Of a stretch of 64,000 nucleotides of DNA, positions 9,942-18,772 are shown in pieces (within the stretch, counting starts at the first letter, position 1; each line of letters starts with the position of its first letter). A model generated the notes under the pieces. The model did no database searches, had not been told where the DNA came from, and saw only the letters and a program-made list of their open reading frames with translations. Source of the DNA: a virus (lineage: Duplodnaviria > Caudoviricetes); IMG/VR virus record IMGVR_UViG_3300020440_001565, positions 1 to 64,000 of that record. One strand, written 5' to 3'. A program made the translations under genes and the position numbers.

Positions 9942-11720
9942 TTAATTAACATCTATCGATACTCCAGCGGATAGTGTAATACCATCGGACATTTTTAATA
10001 TGTTTCCTGATGCATCAATTGTAATTGCATAATCTTTAGTTTCAGTTTCATAATCATTTGTAGCTGACAAATTAAAAGTATATGTTCCTGGTACTGTTGT
10101 TGTACCATCTAATACTGCTGTTGATGTATCTAAACTTGTACCTGTTGGTATTGAACCAGATGCAACACTATAAGTTACTGTGTGTAGTTGTTCCGAAGCC
10201 GCATTTCTGAATTCAGCTGATAGAGTGTAATTAACTGTATCTCCTTGTGAAATATTTGATCCGGCATTTATATCATGTGTGCCAGATGTTCCATTGCCTA
10301 TATTCCATGTTGTTGTATAATCCTGCCATGGAGTATAAAGTTGTTTTTGATTATCAGCATCATTTGTAATTGGCATTGCTGTGGCAGACATATTTGTTAA
10401 CCAGTTCTTTGCGTCAACCTGATTTGTGTTACCTCTTGCTTTATCCCAAGCGGTTATGTCTTTACTCATGTAACAAGCCAATGCACCTGTTACTTGCGGA
10501 GATGCCATTGATGTTCCTGATAATTTATAAATGTAATAACTTGAATTTTGTGGATGTGCTAATGGTGTTATTGAATTTGCATTTGGATCTGTGTAAGCAC
10601 CTTGTATATATTGTCCTCCTGCATATATTGTTGTACCTGCACCATAGTTTGAAAAACTAGCTTTTGCATTTGAGTTATCACAGGCCGCTACTGCAATATC
10701 AAATTGTAAACCTGCAACATTGTTAGTTGCATTTGATGGTGACTGACCTCTATGTAAAGGCATGAAGTATACCATTTCACCATATGGTCCATTAGGTCCT
10801 ACTGCTGATGTTGTGTATGTCATTGTTTCACCATTATAATAATAATTGTAACCTACATCATATAAACTCATTGCATTGTTAGGACTGTCAACTGCAAAAC
10901 TATTATTACCTGCTGAACATACTACTACTGCACCTGCATTGGCTAAATCTACAATCATACCATCTACTGTAGTATTTCTTACAGGATGTTCTTCACCTGA
11001 GTTTGGATGGTTGTAAGGATAGTCAAGTGTTGTGCCCCATGAGTTGTTTACAATAGTTGGATTAGGTTCTGTTTTGTTTAATACCCAATCTTTAATTAAA
11101 AAATAATCACTGATAGCATAGGCATCAGTATAGCCTGCCCCAAGAGCTAATTTGAATGAATATATATTTCCTGCCAATGCCCAGCCATTGTATGAACCTG
11201 CGGCTATTGATGCAACGTGTGTTCCGTGTCCTGATTGGTCGCTGTAATGGTTAGGACCTTGTCCAGCTGTCCAATTAATCTGTTGTAGTCTTCCGCCAAA
11301 TTCAGGATGGTTTGGTGTAATGCCTGAGTCAGCAATAACTATATCAACATTTGTAGCATCGTATAGATATGTGTAATTGTATGCTAGTGATGTATTTCTT
11401 TGTGTATGTCTAGCTAATCCCCAGTTGGTGTGATTGGCGTTTGCTGAAGATGAAGTTGATGGTGTTAATGCTCTACTACCATCTTCTTTATATTTGATTG
11501 CTTTTAATAATCTATCTGAATTTATTGATTCTACTCTTGGATCATTTTTTATTGCTACTAATTCGTTGTCATCTTCAATCTCAACTTCAAATGCTCTTGA
11601 TGATCCTAATTCTTTAGTGACTTCAATTTTACGTGATACAGGACCTTGTCCTTGTGTGTTTAAATCATTCTTAATTTTTTCTAAATCTTTGTCAGACTTT
11701 ACGGTAATGGTAGCTTTCAT
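9942..11720 (-). CDS. subtilisin-like S8 serine protease with C-terminal Ig-like domain
   Basis: Catalytic motifs IVIADSG, GHGTHVAS, SAGN, SGTSMASP. Confidence 0.9.
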   Translation of the reverse strand: MKATITVKSDKDLEKIKNDLNTQGQGPVSRKIEVTKELGSSRAFEVEIEDDNELVAIKNDPRVESINSDRLLKAIKYKEDGSRALTPSTSSSANANHTNWGLARHTQRNTSLAYNYTYLYDATNVDIVIADSGITPNHPEFGGRLQQINWTAGQGPNHYSDQSGHGTHVASIAAGSYNGWALAGNIYSFKLALGAGYTDAYAISDYFLIKDWVLNKTEPNPTIVNNSWGTTLDYPYNHPNSGEEHPVRNTTVDGMIVDLANAGAVVVCSAGNNSFAVDSPNNAMSLYDVGYNYYYNGETMTYTTSAVGPNGPYGEMVYFMPLHRGQSPSNATNNVAGLQFDIAVAACDNSNAKASFSNYGAGTTIYAGGQYIQGAYTDPNANSITPLAHPQNSSYYIYKLSGTSMASPQVTGALACYMSKDITAWDKARGNTNQVDAKNWLTNMSATAMPITNDADNQKQLYTPWQDYTTTWNIGNGTSGTHDINAGSNISQGDTVNYTLSAEFRNAASEQLHTVTYSVASGSIPTGTSLDTSTAVLDGTTTVPGTYTFNLSATNDYETETKDYAITIDASGNILKMSDGITLSAGVSIDVN

Positions 11721-11765
11721 GGTATAACCCTTTTATTTAAACTATTTATTATTTTTCCAAAAGCC

Positions 11766-11796
11766 AAAAAAAAAGGCGACCCGAAAGCCGCCTTTT
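11766..11796 (-). terminator. Rho-independent terminator, possibly bidirectional
   Basis: On the minus strand GGCGGC-loop-GTCGCC hairpin followed by T9; T4 on the other side. Confidence 0.85.
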
Positions 11797-11820
11797 AATT
11801 TTATGTGTGAACTACACGGA

Positions 11821-12180
11821 TTAGTAAGTGAAGTCAGCCACTGTCGCACCTGTTAAGTCGATGCTGTTTGGACCTACATCGTCACCTAAAGCTCTAAAAG
11901 CCGCTTGTAATGATGCCGCTGTCCAACCTGCCGCACCTGTTTCAAATGCTACTCTGATTGACTGATTGTCTGCTTGTAATGTACCCATTATTACTGGAGT
12001 ACCTTTAGTTGCCATTTCTTCATACATTTTGTCGATTGCACCGTCAACACCAGTTTCTGCTGAAATGTTTACACCTGCATCGATATCAAAGTGTACCAAA
12101 CCTGAGTTCGGTTCACCTACTAGCATCTGTCTACCTAAAGTAGCAGAGCCATGTGTTCTACCTGGACCAAATCCTGCCAT
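11821..12180 (-). CDS. hypothetical late protein, possibly virion
   Basis: 119 aa, AAGGAG RBS, TATAAATA at 12249-12256, own terminator. Confidence 0.65.
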   Translation of the reverse strand: MAGFGPGRTHGSATLGRQMLVGEPNSGLVHFDIDAGVNISAETGVDGAIDKMYEEMATKGTPVIMGTLQADNQSIRVAFETGAAGWTAASLQAAFRALGDDVGPNSIDLTGATVADFTY

Positions 12181-12263
12181 GATATATTCTCCTTTAACTA
12201 TAGCGATGTTATATGATCACTGCGATCATTTGTGTTCGCCTGTGCTAATATTTATACTTTTAG

Positions 12264-13124
12264 TTATAAATTATATGGTAATATAACAGAAATAACAGGA
12301 ATCTTCATCATTCTTTCAGTATTTTCTATTAAATCGCGGTATGGCATAGTAGTTAAATTTATTTTTTTCTTTAAAAAAGATTCAAAACCGTAACCTTCAT
12401 GTGTGCTATATGGAGAATTCAATAACAATGTCACTTGCGATTCTGTTTTTGTTAGTTGATATAATCTATCAAAAAAAGAATTCCAATGTGTAGGCATCCA
12501 TACTTTTTCTTCTCCACCTTTGTTAAAGTATCTATGAAACTCACTTGAAATAAAAAATTTATTTGGTTTCATATGTGCATAAGGAAAATAAAATTTTTTA
12601 TATCTAATGTCATTTGTTCTAGAACGATAAACACTCACCCCTATTGCATCAGACAATGCTTTTGACTCTTGTTCACGCTCATCTTCTACATTGCTTGGTA
12701 ATCTGAATGTGGAACATTGTAAACCTAACTCTCTACATATTGCTTCAAGTATACCTGATGTTTCACCAAAATCTACTATGACATCTGTAGGAACAAGATC
12801 TGTTGATAAAAGATAGTATATTGATTGTCTAAAAGACTTTTCGATATGTTCTTTTATAGTATCACTACCTTTGTTATAAACGTCAGCCAGTTTGATCATT
12901 ACATTATCTTTTGCTCTAATAATTTTGATAAAAGAAGAATAGTTTCCATTCCAGATTTCTGGCATAATAGTTTTTGTAGATCGTCTATAGTCAGCGACAG
13001 CCTTTTCAAATTTGAAATGCATTTGAGAGTTGAAATCATTTTTCAAACCACCTATTTGACTAATTTCAATATCAAAATCTATTAATGAATCTAGTGTTTT
13101 TGTTATTTGTATATTGTCTGGCAT
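12264..13124 (-). CDS. hypothetical protein, possible methyltransferase-like fold
   Basis: 286-aa ORF; VIVDFG only weakly resembles SAM-binding motif I. Confidence 0.45.
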   Translation of the reverse strand: MPDNIQITKTLDSLIDFDIEISQIGGLKNDFNSQMHFKFEKAVADYRRSTKTIMPEIWNGNYSSFIKIIRAKDNVMIKLADVYNKGSDTIKEHIEKSFRQSIYYLLSTDLVPTDVIVDFGETSGILEAICRELGLQCSTFRLPSNVEDEREQESKALSDAIGVSVYRSRTNDIRYKKFYFPYAHMKPNKFFISSEFHRYFNKGGEEKVWMPTHWNSFFDRLYQLTKTESQVTLLLNSPYSTHEGYGFESFLKKKINLTTMPYRDLIENTERMMKIPVISVILPYNL

Positions 13125-13152
13125 AGTAATATTTAGTTATAATAAATATTAA

Positions 13153-13228
<76 letters not shown>

Positions 13229-13249
13229 ACATTCAGATGCTGAATGGTA

Positions 13250-13678
13250 CTAGTTTAGTCCTGCTGATTGTGATTCAGCAAATGTTTTTGAACCTGTTTG
13301 TTTCGGTGATCCTTTTTCATAGAATATATCACAACCATTTTCGCCATCTTCTGAAACTTCAATCCTAACTGATCTATTTGGATATCTTGAATTAATTTGT
13401 GCATAGATATCATCTGATATCATTTCACAAGACTTATAGTCTAGTTCTAATGTGCCTTTATCATAAAGACTTTCTAACCATCTTTTAAATTGTATAAATT
13501 CAATGTCTCTGTCATTGTGAAACACTTCAATTGCTACTTTGAAATGAAAAATATGTCTGTGAATATAACCTAAGAAACTTACATCATCTTCGCCACCAGT
13601 TGCTAGTTTTGGATCATCTAGTGCCGCAGGGTATTTGTGCAAACCTTCTTTTCTATACGTTACCCAAATCATTCTCAT
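13250..13678 (-). CDS. QueD-like T-fold protein, DpdL-type (putative CDG decarboxylase)
   Basis: LGYIHRHIF matches the LxxxHRHxF motif recalled for DpdL rather than the CxxxHGH of QueD; C-terminal SEDGENG. Confidence 0.7.
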   Translation of the reverse strand: MRMIWVTYRKEGLHKYPAALDDPKLATGGEDDVSFLGYIHRHIFHFKVAIEVFHNDRDIEFIQFKRWLESLYDKGTLELDYKSCEMISDDIYAQINSRYPNRSVRIEVSEDGENGCDIFYEKGSPKQTGSKTFAESQSAGLN

Positions 13679-13803
13679 TATACAAACTCCTTAAAGAAAG
13701 CAATATAAACTAAAAGACCAATGATTAACAATTTACCATAGTCTAAATCTGCGGCTGAACCTTCGCCATATTTTTCTTGGAATTTTTTTAATAAATTTTT
13801 CAT
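13678..13803 (-). CDS. 41-aa membrane peptide (below ORF-track cutoff)
   Basis: MKNLLKKFQEKYGEGSAADLDYGKLLIIGLLVYIAFFKEFV; TAATG-coupled at both ends. Confidence 0.6.
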   Translation of the reverse strand: MKNLLKKFQEKYGEGSAADLDYGKLLIIGLLVYIAFFKEFV

Positions 13804-13880
13804 TACATCAATGCTCCTATTATTATTAATACAATCAATGATATTCCTACCAAATCATATATCCATTCTTTGTGATTCAT
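13803..13880 (-). CDS. 25-aa membrane peptide
   Basis: MNHKEWIYDLVGISLIVLIIIGALM; follows a consensus promoter and is coupled to the next ORF. Confidence 0.5.
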   Translation of the reverse strand: MNHKEWIYDLVGISLIVLIIIGALM

Positions 13881-13886
13881 ATAGTT

Positions 13887-13915
13887 ATTATACAGTGATT
13901 TGTTTTCTTTGTCAA
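13887..13915 (-). promoter_or_regulatory. consensus sigma70 promoter
   Basis: TTGACA-N17-TATAAT with TG extension. Confidence 0.85.
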
Positions 13916-13929
13916 TATTACTTTTTTCC

Positions 13930-14385
13930 TTAAAATCCTATCCTAATTCCTATGTTATGATTATCCCTTACAACATCATAATTATAAACAATATTATACG
14001 TGTGCCAGACACTTCTGTATTTCTGTGGCATCATCTTTGTTGCTTCATAATGAGCAAAGCCTCTGATAATAAAATACGTAATAACTTGTAATTCATTTGG
14101 ATGTTTTCCTAGTATAGGATTCTTTTCATAATAATCATCATTATTTGCTATTTCTAAAGTTTGCAACATATCTATTGTTTGTAACATATTAAAAGCAATT
14201 ATACCTTTTTTATCTGTTTCTGTTAATGGTTCTTTGTAATACTTTGATAGTTCTATTGCGTTTGCATCTTTGTATGTTATAATTACTATCAAAAGAAACA
14301 GTACATATATTGCTAATAATGTTCTTAACGGTTTCATATTTTCCTTAACTGCCCCACCATCCAAAATCATCAAATGGTTCTTCAT
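13930..14385 (-). CDS. hypothetical exported/membrane protein
   Basis: N-terminal hydrophobic segment; start uncertain. Confidence 0.6.
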   Translation of the reverse strand: MKNHLMILDGGAVKENMKPLRTLLAIYVLFLLIVIITYKDANAIELSKYYKEPLTETDKKGIIAFNMLQTIDMLQTLEIANNDDYYEKNPILGKHPNELQVITYFIIRGFAHYEATKMMPQKYRSVWHTYNIVYNYDVVRDNHNIGIRIGF

Positions 14386-14551
14386 ATTTTATTTTTTTAT
14401 TAGTTTTAGTATTCCAGATATAAAAATGTGGCCAAGCCTTTGGCCTTTCTTCTTTTAATTTCTTCATTGAAATTTGTGCATCTGATATTGTTTTGAATTT
14501 CCACATGAGTACCTCATTATGTATTCTCGGTATATACCAAATTTCATACAT
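14345..14551 (-). CDS. hypothetical protein
   Basis: 68-aa ORF in a tight operon. Confidence 0.55.
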   Translation of the reverse strand: MYEIWYIPRIHNEVLMWKFKTISDAQISMKKLKEERPKAWPHFYIWNTKTNKKIKYEEPFDDFGWWGS

Positions 14552-14915
14552 TTACAACCTTGCTCACACGATCATAAACAAAAGAACGCCAATCATGTGC
14601 ATTAAGATCCCATACCGTTATATTTTCTGGTTTGGTTTCTATATCTGTCTTAGGTTGATTCTCTTTAGGAATAACATCAAAACTTTTTGTACACGTCATT
14701 GCTCTTTCATCACCATTTAGTTTTTTGAAAGTTACAACATACACACCTTCACGTAACATTTCTAACAATGCTTCTTTTGTAGGTATGCCTTTCATACGTG
14801 CAATTTGTTCTTTAGGACTACCAAAGTAACCCCATTGGTTGTGCCTTGGATCCTGTTGTTGCTTTTTTAATTCAGCATCATATTCTTCTTGTGTCATCTT
14901 TGTCATATTAATCAA
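14544..14915 (-). CDS. T4-like SH3/WYL_2 (DUF2693-type) protein
   Basis: VVTFKKLNGDERAMTCT and VWDLNAHDWRSF pattern. Confidence 0.6.
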   Translation of the reverse strand: MINMTKMTQEEYDAELKKQQQDPRHNQWGYFGSPKEQIARMKGIPTKEALLEMLREGVYVVTFKKLNGDERAMTCTKSFDVIPKENQPKTDIETKPENITVWDLNAHDWRSFVYDRVSKVVNV

Positions 14916-15102
14916 AGTCCGATCGTACTATGTGTTTCCTTAATGCTCTTACAAGTTCTTCTATTTTATCAATTACTGAAATCAAACTCTTGTCTGTAAT
15001 GTAAGATTGTCTTTCTCTTAACTTATCGTATTCTTTCAAAGTTATTGTTACCTTGCCGCCTTCGTTTTCATAACTTAGGTCTTCTGATCTATCGTCTGTC
15101 AT
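14908..15102 (-). CDS. hypothetical coiled-coil protein
   Basis: 64-aa ORF overlapping neighbours. Confidence 0.55.
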   Translation of the reverse strand: MTDDRSEDLSYENEGGKVTITLKEYDKLRERQSYITDKSLISVIDKIEELVRALRKHIVRSDFD

Positions 15103-15416
15103 ATTTCTCCTATAAAGTAGTAGTTGATTAAACCCATTACAATTAGTGTTACTAGTACGCCATTGAGCATAATAAGAGCTCTGTCATGCCAAAGCATACC
15201 AACCCAAAACCAACCCAGAGTGCCAAACAACCCAAACCATAAATCAACTAGTGGTAGAACACCTGTTGATCTGGCTATTGTTGCACCAAGAATTAATATA
15301 CTTGCTGTCCATTTGATGTACCAAGATAAATCACCTTTAGGTGTTACCTTTTTAAAAACTCTAGTTGAGTTTAATTCTTTAATCTTTTCGTCTAGCTTTT
15401 TTGTATAATTCGACAT
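15099..15416 (-). CDS. small multi-pass membrane protein
   Basis: Three hydrophobic segments; probable start MSNYTKK at 15416. Confidence 0.6.
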   Translation of the reverse strand: MSNYTKKLDEKIKELNSTRVFKKVTPKGDLSWYIKWTASILILGATIARSTGVLPLVDLWFGLFGTLGWFWVGMLWHDRALIMLNGVLVTLIVMGLINYYFIGEI

Positions 15417-15561
15417 TTTCTTTTGTATCAAGTATGTTACCATAGTCCGGCCATCCATAGACATCTGGACTTTCCCCTATATATCTCCAACGAATTACGC
15501 CTGTGTCTGGATTGCGTTCGTAAATTTTTGGTTTGTTATCTTTTTGATCTGATTTAATCAT
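15379..15561 (-). CDS. hypothetical protein
   Basis: 60-aa ORF, KIYERNPDTGVIRWR. Confidence 0.5.
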   Translation of the reverse strand: MIKSDQKDNKPKIYERNPDTGVIRWRYIGESPDVYGWPDYGNILDTKENVELYKKARRKD

Positions 15562-15746
15562 GACTGCCTTTTCTTGAGCTTTTCAACTTCGTCATTAAGC
15601 TCTTTAACTCTTTTGTAAAGAGAGTATTTCTCTTTTACTTCATCGGCTATTGTTTTTTTAAGAAGTTCTATTTCTTGCTTGAGGCTGTCAACTGTAGGTG
15701 TACTAGTTGTTGGCTGGCTCTGGCTGTTTGTCTGATACTGTTTCAT
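15558..15746 (-). CDS. hypothetical coiled-coil protein
   Basis: 62-aa ORF; start uncertain. Confidence 0.5.
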   Translation of the reverse strand: MKQYQTNSQSQPTTSTPTVDSLKQEIELLKKTIADEVKEKYSLYKRVKELNDEVEKLKKRQS

Positions 15747-15948
15747 CTTGTTCCTTATCTGCGTCTAGCTTTACAAGTCTAAATGTTAATGCTTTCTTTT
15801 CGCCTTTTGATGTATGTATTACAGGCTGTCCGTGGTTGTCAAGAGTTATTTTGGTAATGTTAGTTCTGACGTTTCTAAACTTGCCCACATCAATCTTATC
15901 ACCAACTTTTAGTTCTATTTTAAATGTTTTCTTCTCTGTCATTATCAA
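15703..15948 (-). CDS. hypothetical protein
   Basis: 81-aa ORF. Confidence 0.55.
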   Translation of the reverse strand: MIMTEKKTFKIELKVGDKIDVGKFRNVRTNITKITLDNHGQPVIHTSKGEKKALTFRLVKLDADKEQDETVSDKQPEPANN

Positions 15949-16459
15949 TAGCCGTATCTTTTGTATACTCTTTCCAACCTGTGTAATTAGTATCTGTCAT
16001 TATTTGACTTAATGGCAAACACCAAACACCTGTATTTGTTTTATTAAAATCTTCATCATCTATTTTTATTATAGCACAATCTTTTAGTTTGTCAACATAA
16101 GGAATTGCTACTGCAAAATTTATTTGGAATCTTGGATTTGAGAACAATGGTTCTAAACATTGTATTGGTGCATTGTGAGGAACATCAATAGTCACATTAA
16201 GATTTGCTTCTATTAGAGAATCAATAGTTGGCTTGACTAACATATAATCATGTGCTTCATATGTTTTCCAACTTTGATTAGCACCTAAATAGATGTGACC
16301 AATCTTATAGTCTTTAGCATATTGTACTATAGATTTAACTTCTGGAGTATCTACTACAAACAAAGTCAACAGGCCGTGAAATTTTGTTTTCTCAACTTCA
16401 ATACCTGTAAAAAATTTGACTGCATCTGTTGATGCCTTGTTTGTGTAGTCTCTTATCAT
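15920..16459 (-). CDS. hypothetical phage protein
   Basis: 179-aa globular-looking ORF (TGIEVE, HIYLGANQS, KIDD, GVWC); no function assigned. Confidence 0.65.
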   Translation of the reverse strand: MIRDYTNKASTDAVKFFTGIEVEKTKFHGLLTLFVVDTPEVKSIVQYAKDYKIGHIYLGANQSWKTYEAHDYMLVKPTIDSLIEANLNVTIDVPHNAPIQCLEPLFSNPRFQINFAVAIPYVDKLKDCAIIKIDDEDFNKTNTGVWCLPLSQIMTDTNYTGWKEYTKDTAIDNDREENI

Positions 16460-16659
16460 TATTCTGCTATTTTCTTACAAGTAGTTTCATTTGCTTTCAG
16501 ACCTGCTTCTTTATCAAACAACCATACATAACTGTAGGCTATTTGTCCATCGTCTGTTTCAGCACACTTCTTACCAAATGACAGTTTCGGATTACTTGGT
16601 ACTGCTGAACAACCGACAAGAAAAGCAAAAACAAATAAAAACGATATTATTTTAGTCAT
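16459..16659 (-). CDS. small lipoprotein
   Basis: Signal peptide with lipobox LVGC. Confidence 0.65.
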   Translation of the reverse strand: MTKIISFLFVFAFLVGCSAVPSNPKLSFGKKCAETDDGQIAYSYVWLFDKEAGLKANETTCKKIAE

Positions 16660-16861
16660 TTTGTTCTCCTATATGTTTTTCGATTTTTGTAACTTGTTCT
16701 TTAATATCTGGAACCCAAAGAATTCTGTCTGTAGGCATGAGAGAAATAAGTTTCCTGACGTCCTTTTTAAGTTCTCCATATTTGTACTTCCAACCACTGG
16801 CTTCATTTCTGTATTCATTTGCCATATACTCGGCAGTATATCTTGCGGCATTATCACTCAT
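16652..16861 (-). CDS. hypothetical protein
   Basis: 69-aa ORF coupled to the upstream gene. Confidence 0.55.
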   Translation of the reverse strand: MSDNAARYTAEYMANEYRNEASGWKYKYGELKKDVRKLISLMPTDRILWVPDIKEQVTKIEKHIGEQND

Positions 16862-17604
16862 TATTGAGATGTTCTTGCTGGCAATATATAATCATATTTG
16901 CCAAGTCCTGAATCAATTGATATCTGCATAGCACCTTGATCACTAAATGACATAAATGTTTGCGATGTATCACTTAATTTTAAAATACTTAATACTTGAT
17001 TTAGTGGCCAAGCCCAACCTTTTGTTAGTTGACCTGAAACATTTTGAGCAAAAGGAATTTCAACTCTATCATTGGATCCATCACCAATGTAAAACTTTAA
17101 TGTTGTTCCATCTGTTTTTGCTACAAATGTTGATTCATGACCTACCATAATGCCTGCAAAGTAAGACAAGTCTTTTAGATTCTGTTGTGTAGGCTGTACT
17201 GTGACATCCCAATTAACACCTTTAAACTTTACTGATTTAAGTTTTTCATCTAGTAATGAGCTTACCATAAATCTATAATTTGCTGAATAACCTAACGGAG
17301 ATGCAAATTCAATTTCTTCTGGTGTGGAGTCTCCATTCCTTTGTGATCTTTTAACTTTGATTGTTGACTCACCATTTTTGTAAGGCTCAAAGTTTAAGTA
17401 TCCGCTTAATACTCCAAGTCTGCTTAATCCAGCAACACCTTCTAACTCTGATACTGGCGTGTGTAGTTTTCCTTTAAGTACTACTGTCTTATCTTCATCC
17501 ATTGCTTCTACACCAGTTTCTGTTGTACTACCTTCAACTTTTACTGTTTGAATAAAGCCAAGACTATGTGTATGTTTCACAATGTCTAATAGTATATCTC
17601 TCAT
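16861..17604 (-). CDS. putative DNA sliding clamp (gp45/PCNA-like)
   Basis: 247 aa, two-domain alpha/beta pattern ending in YDYILPA; PolB and clamp loader in the window. Confidence 0.6.
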   Translation of the reverse strand: MRDILLDIVKHTHSLGFIQTVKVEGSTTETGVEAMDEDKTVVLKGKLHTPVSELEGVAGLSRLGVLSGYLNFEPYKNGESTIKVKRSQRNGDSTPEEIEFASPLGYSANYRFMVSSLLDEKLKSVKFKGVNWDVTVQPTQQNLKDLSYFAGIMVGHESTFVAKTDGTTLKFYIGDGSNDRVEIPFAQNVSGQLTKGWAWPLNQVLSILKLSDTSQTFMSFSDQGAMQISIDSGLGKYDYILPARTSQ

Positions 17605-17627
17605 GTTGTTCTCCTTAATTATAGTTA

Positions 17628-17656
17628 ATAGTACAATAATTTATAGAAATTGTCAA
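17628..17656 (-). promoter_or_regulatory. sigma70-type promoter
   Basis: TTGACA-N17-TACTAT with TG extension. Confidence 0.8.
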
Positions 17657-17829
17657 TATTTTATTGTTTGATTTATTGAACCAGTTTTCCAAATTCTATT
17701 GCCTTCTTTTTCTTCACTTTCAATTTGGATATAAAATCCCTCCTGTTGGAGATCATAATAAATTTGGTTCATCTGTTCCAAATGTTCTTTAAGTTTTTCA
17801 ACCTTTTTTAATAAAATTGGATCTTTCAT
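17653..17829 (-). CDS. 58-aa hypothetical protein
   Basis: MKDPILLKKVEKLKEHLEQMNQ... fills the gap after the endolysin. Confidence 0.5.
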   Translation of the reverse strand: MKDPILLKKVEKLKEHLEQMNQIYYDLQQEGFYIQIESEEKEGNRIWKTGSINQTIKY

Positions 17830-17831
17830 TA

Positions 17832-18353
17832 TTATCCTTCCCCTCTAGCCATTTCAATTGCTGATGTTGTGGTCTCCTCATTTCTTCTTGTCCAACCTCG
17901 ACCAAAAGTTGCAAATGTAGATAAAGATTCATAGTATTCTTGACGTGCTTGTTGATAACTGTGAATAACTGCTTCAATATCATTTACATCAAGATAATCG
18001 TTTAGTTTGGCTAATGTGTTTGGTCCAATACCACCATCAACTACTGTGCCAATCATTGCTTGTAATTTCTTGGCCGCTCTGCCTGTTCCTGCATTTACTC
18101 CAAAGTCAAACAAACACAAATCTAAGCCAACTGGTAATTGATCACCTTTTACTCTATCCCAATAATTCTTTTTGTAAATTGGTGTTACATCTTCGACTGT
18201 TAATTCTTTCATACTTTTGGTTCCACCAAAATCTTCATATACTCTTTTGGTTACTCCCAAGTTAGTTTCTCCACCTGGATCTTGTGGGTGGTTTACATAT
18301 CCACCTTCATGATGTAAAATTAATTCTAAACACTTATCAAAATTTCCTTGCAT
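17832..18353 (-). CDS. endolysin, glycoside hydrolase family 108 with peptidoglycan-binding domain
   Basis: EGGYVNHPQDPGGETNLGVT motif, DFGVNAG, VDGGIGPNT, FGRGWTRR. Confidence 0.9.
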   Translation of the reverse strand: MQGNFDKCLELILHHEGGYVNHPQDPGGETNLGVTKRVYEDFGGTKSMKELTVEDVTPIYKKNYWDRVKGDQLPVGLDLCLFDFGVNAGTGRAAKKLQAMIGTVVDGGIGPNTLAKLNDYLDVNDIEAVIHSYQQARQEYYESLSTFATFGRGWTRRNEETTTSAIEMARGEG

Positions 18354-18673
18354 TATGCTCTCTCCCTTTCAAAATCTTTGTATAATGTATATTTGGCTGT
18401 AAGCTCTTCTCCGGCTTGTATTGGTTTTATTGTCTGCAAGTATTTAACCGGAAGTTGGTGCCAAAAGCCCGAAACATTTTTACAATTAGGATCGTCAGAG
18501 TGATTATAAAATGCTCCCAAGGCAGTTCTAATGCTACCGTGTGGAAAGTTTTTGTCTAATACATGAACGATACCTAATATTGTCCATGGATCAAAATCTT
18601 TTGTAGCAAATAAGCCTAAGCCTTGTACATTTGATTCTTTAATTGTTAATCCGTCTGGTAATGGTCTATACAT
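18353..18673 (-). CDS. SET-domain protein
   Basis: GLGLFAT, FYNHSDDPN, IQAGEELTAKY. Confidence 0.85.
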   Translation of the reverse strand: MYRPLPDGLTIKESNVQGLGLFATKDFDPWTILGIVHVLDKNFPHGSIRTALGAFYNHSDDPNCKNVSGFWHQLPVKYLQTIKPIQAGEELTAKYTLYKDFERERA

Positions 18674-18772
18674 AATAATAACTTAACATATTTGAAATAA
18701 TAAAGCAACCTTTTTGTTAGGGCACCGTCCAGTCTCCCTTTGGTGCCCTTCCTGTATCCTAGCTAGGATTCG

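Noticed and set aside
18713-18769. Hairpin AGGGCACC/GGTGCCCT and palindrome ATCCTAGCTAGGAT after polB as a terminator
   Set aside because: On the transcribed strand the hairpin is followed by A-rich rather than U-rich sequence; it may be a stabilising stem but is not supportable as a terminator.
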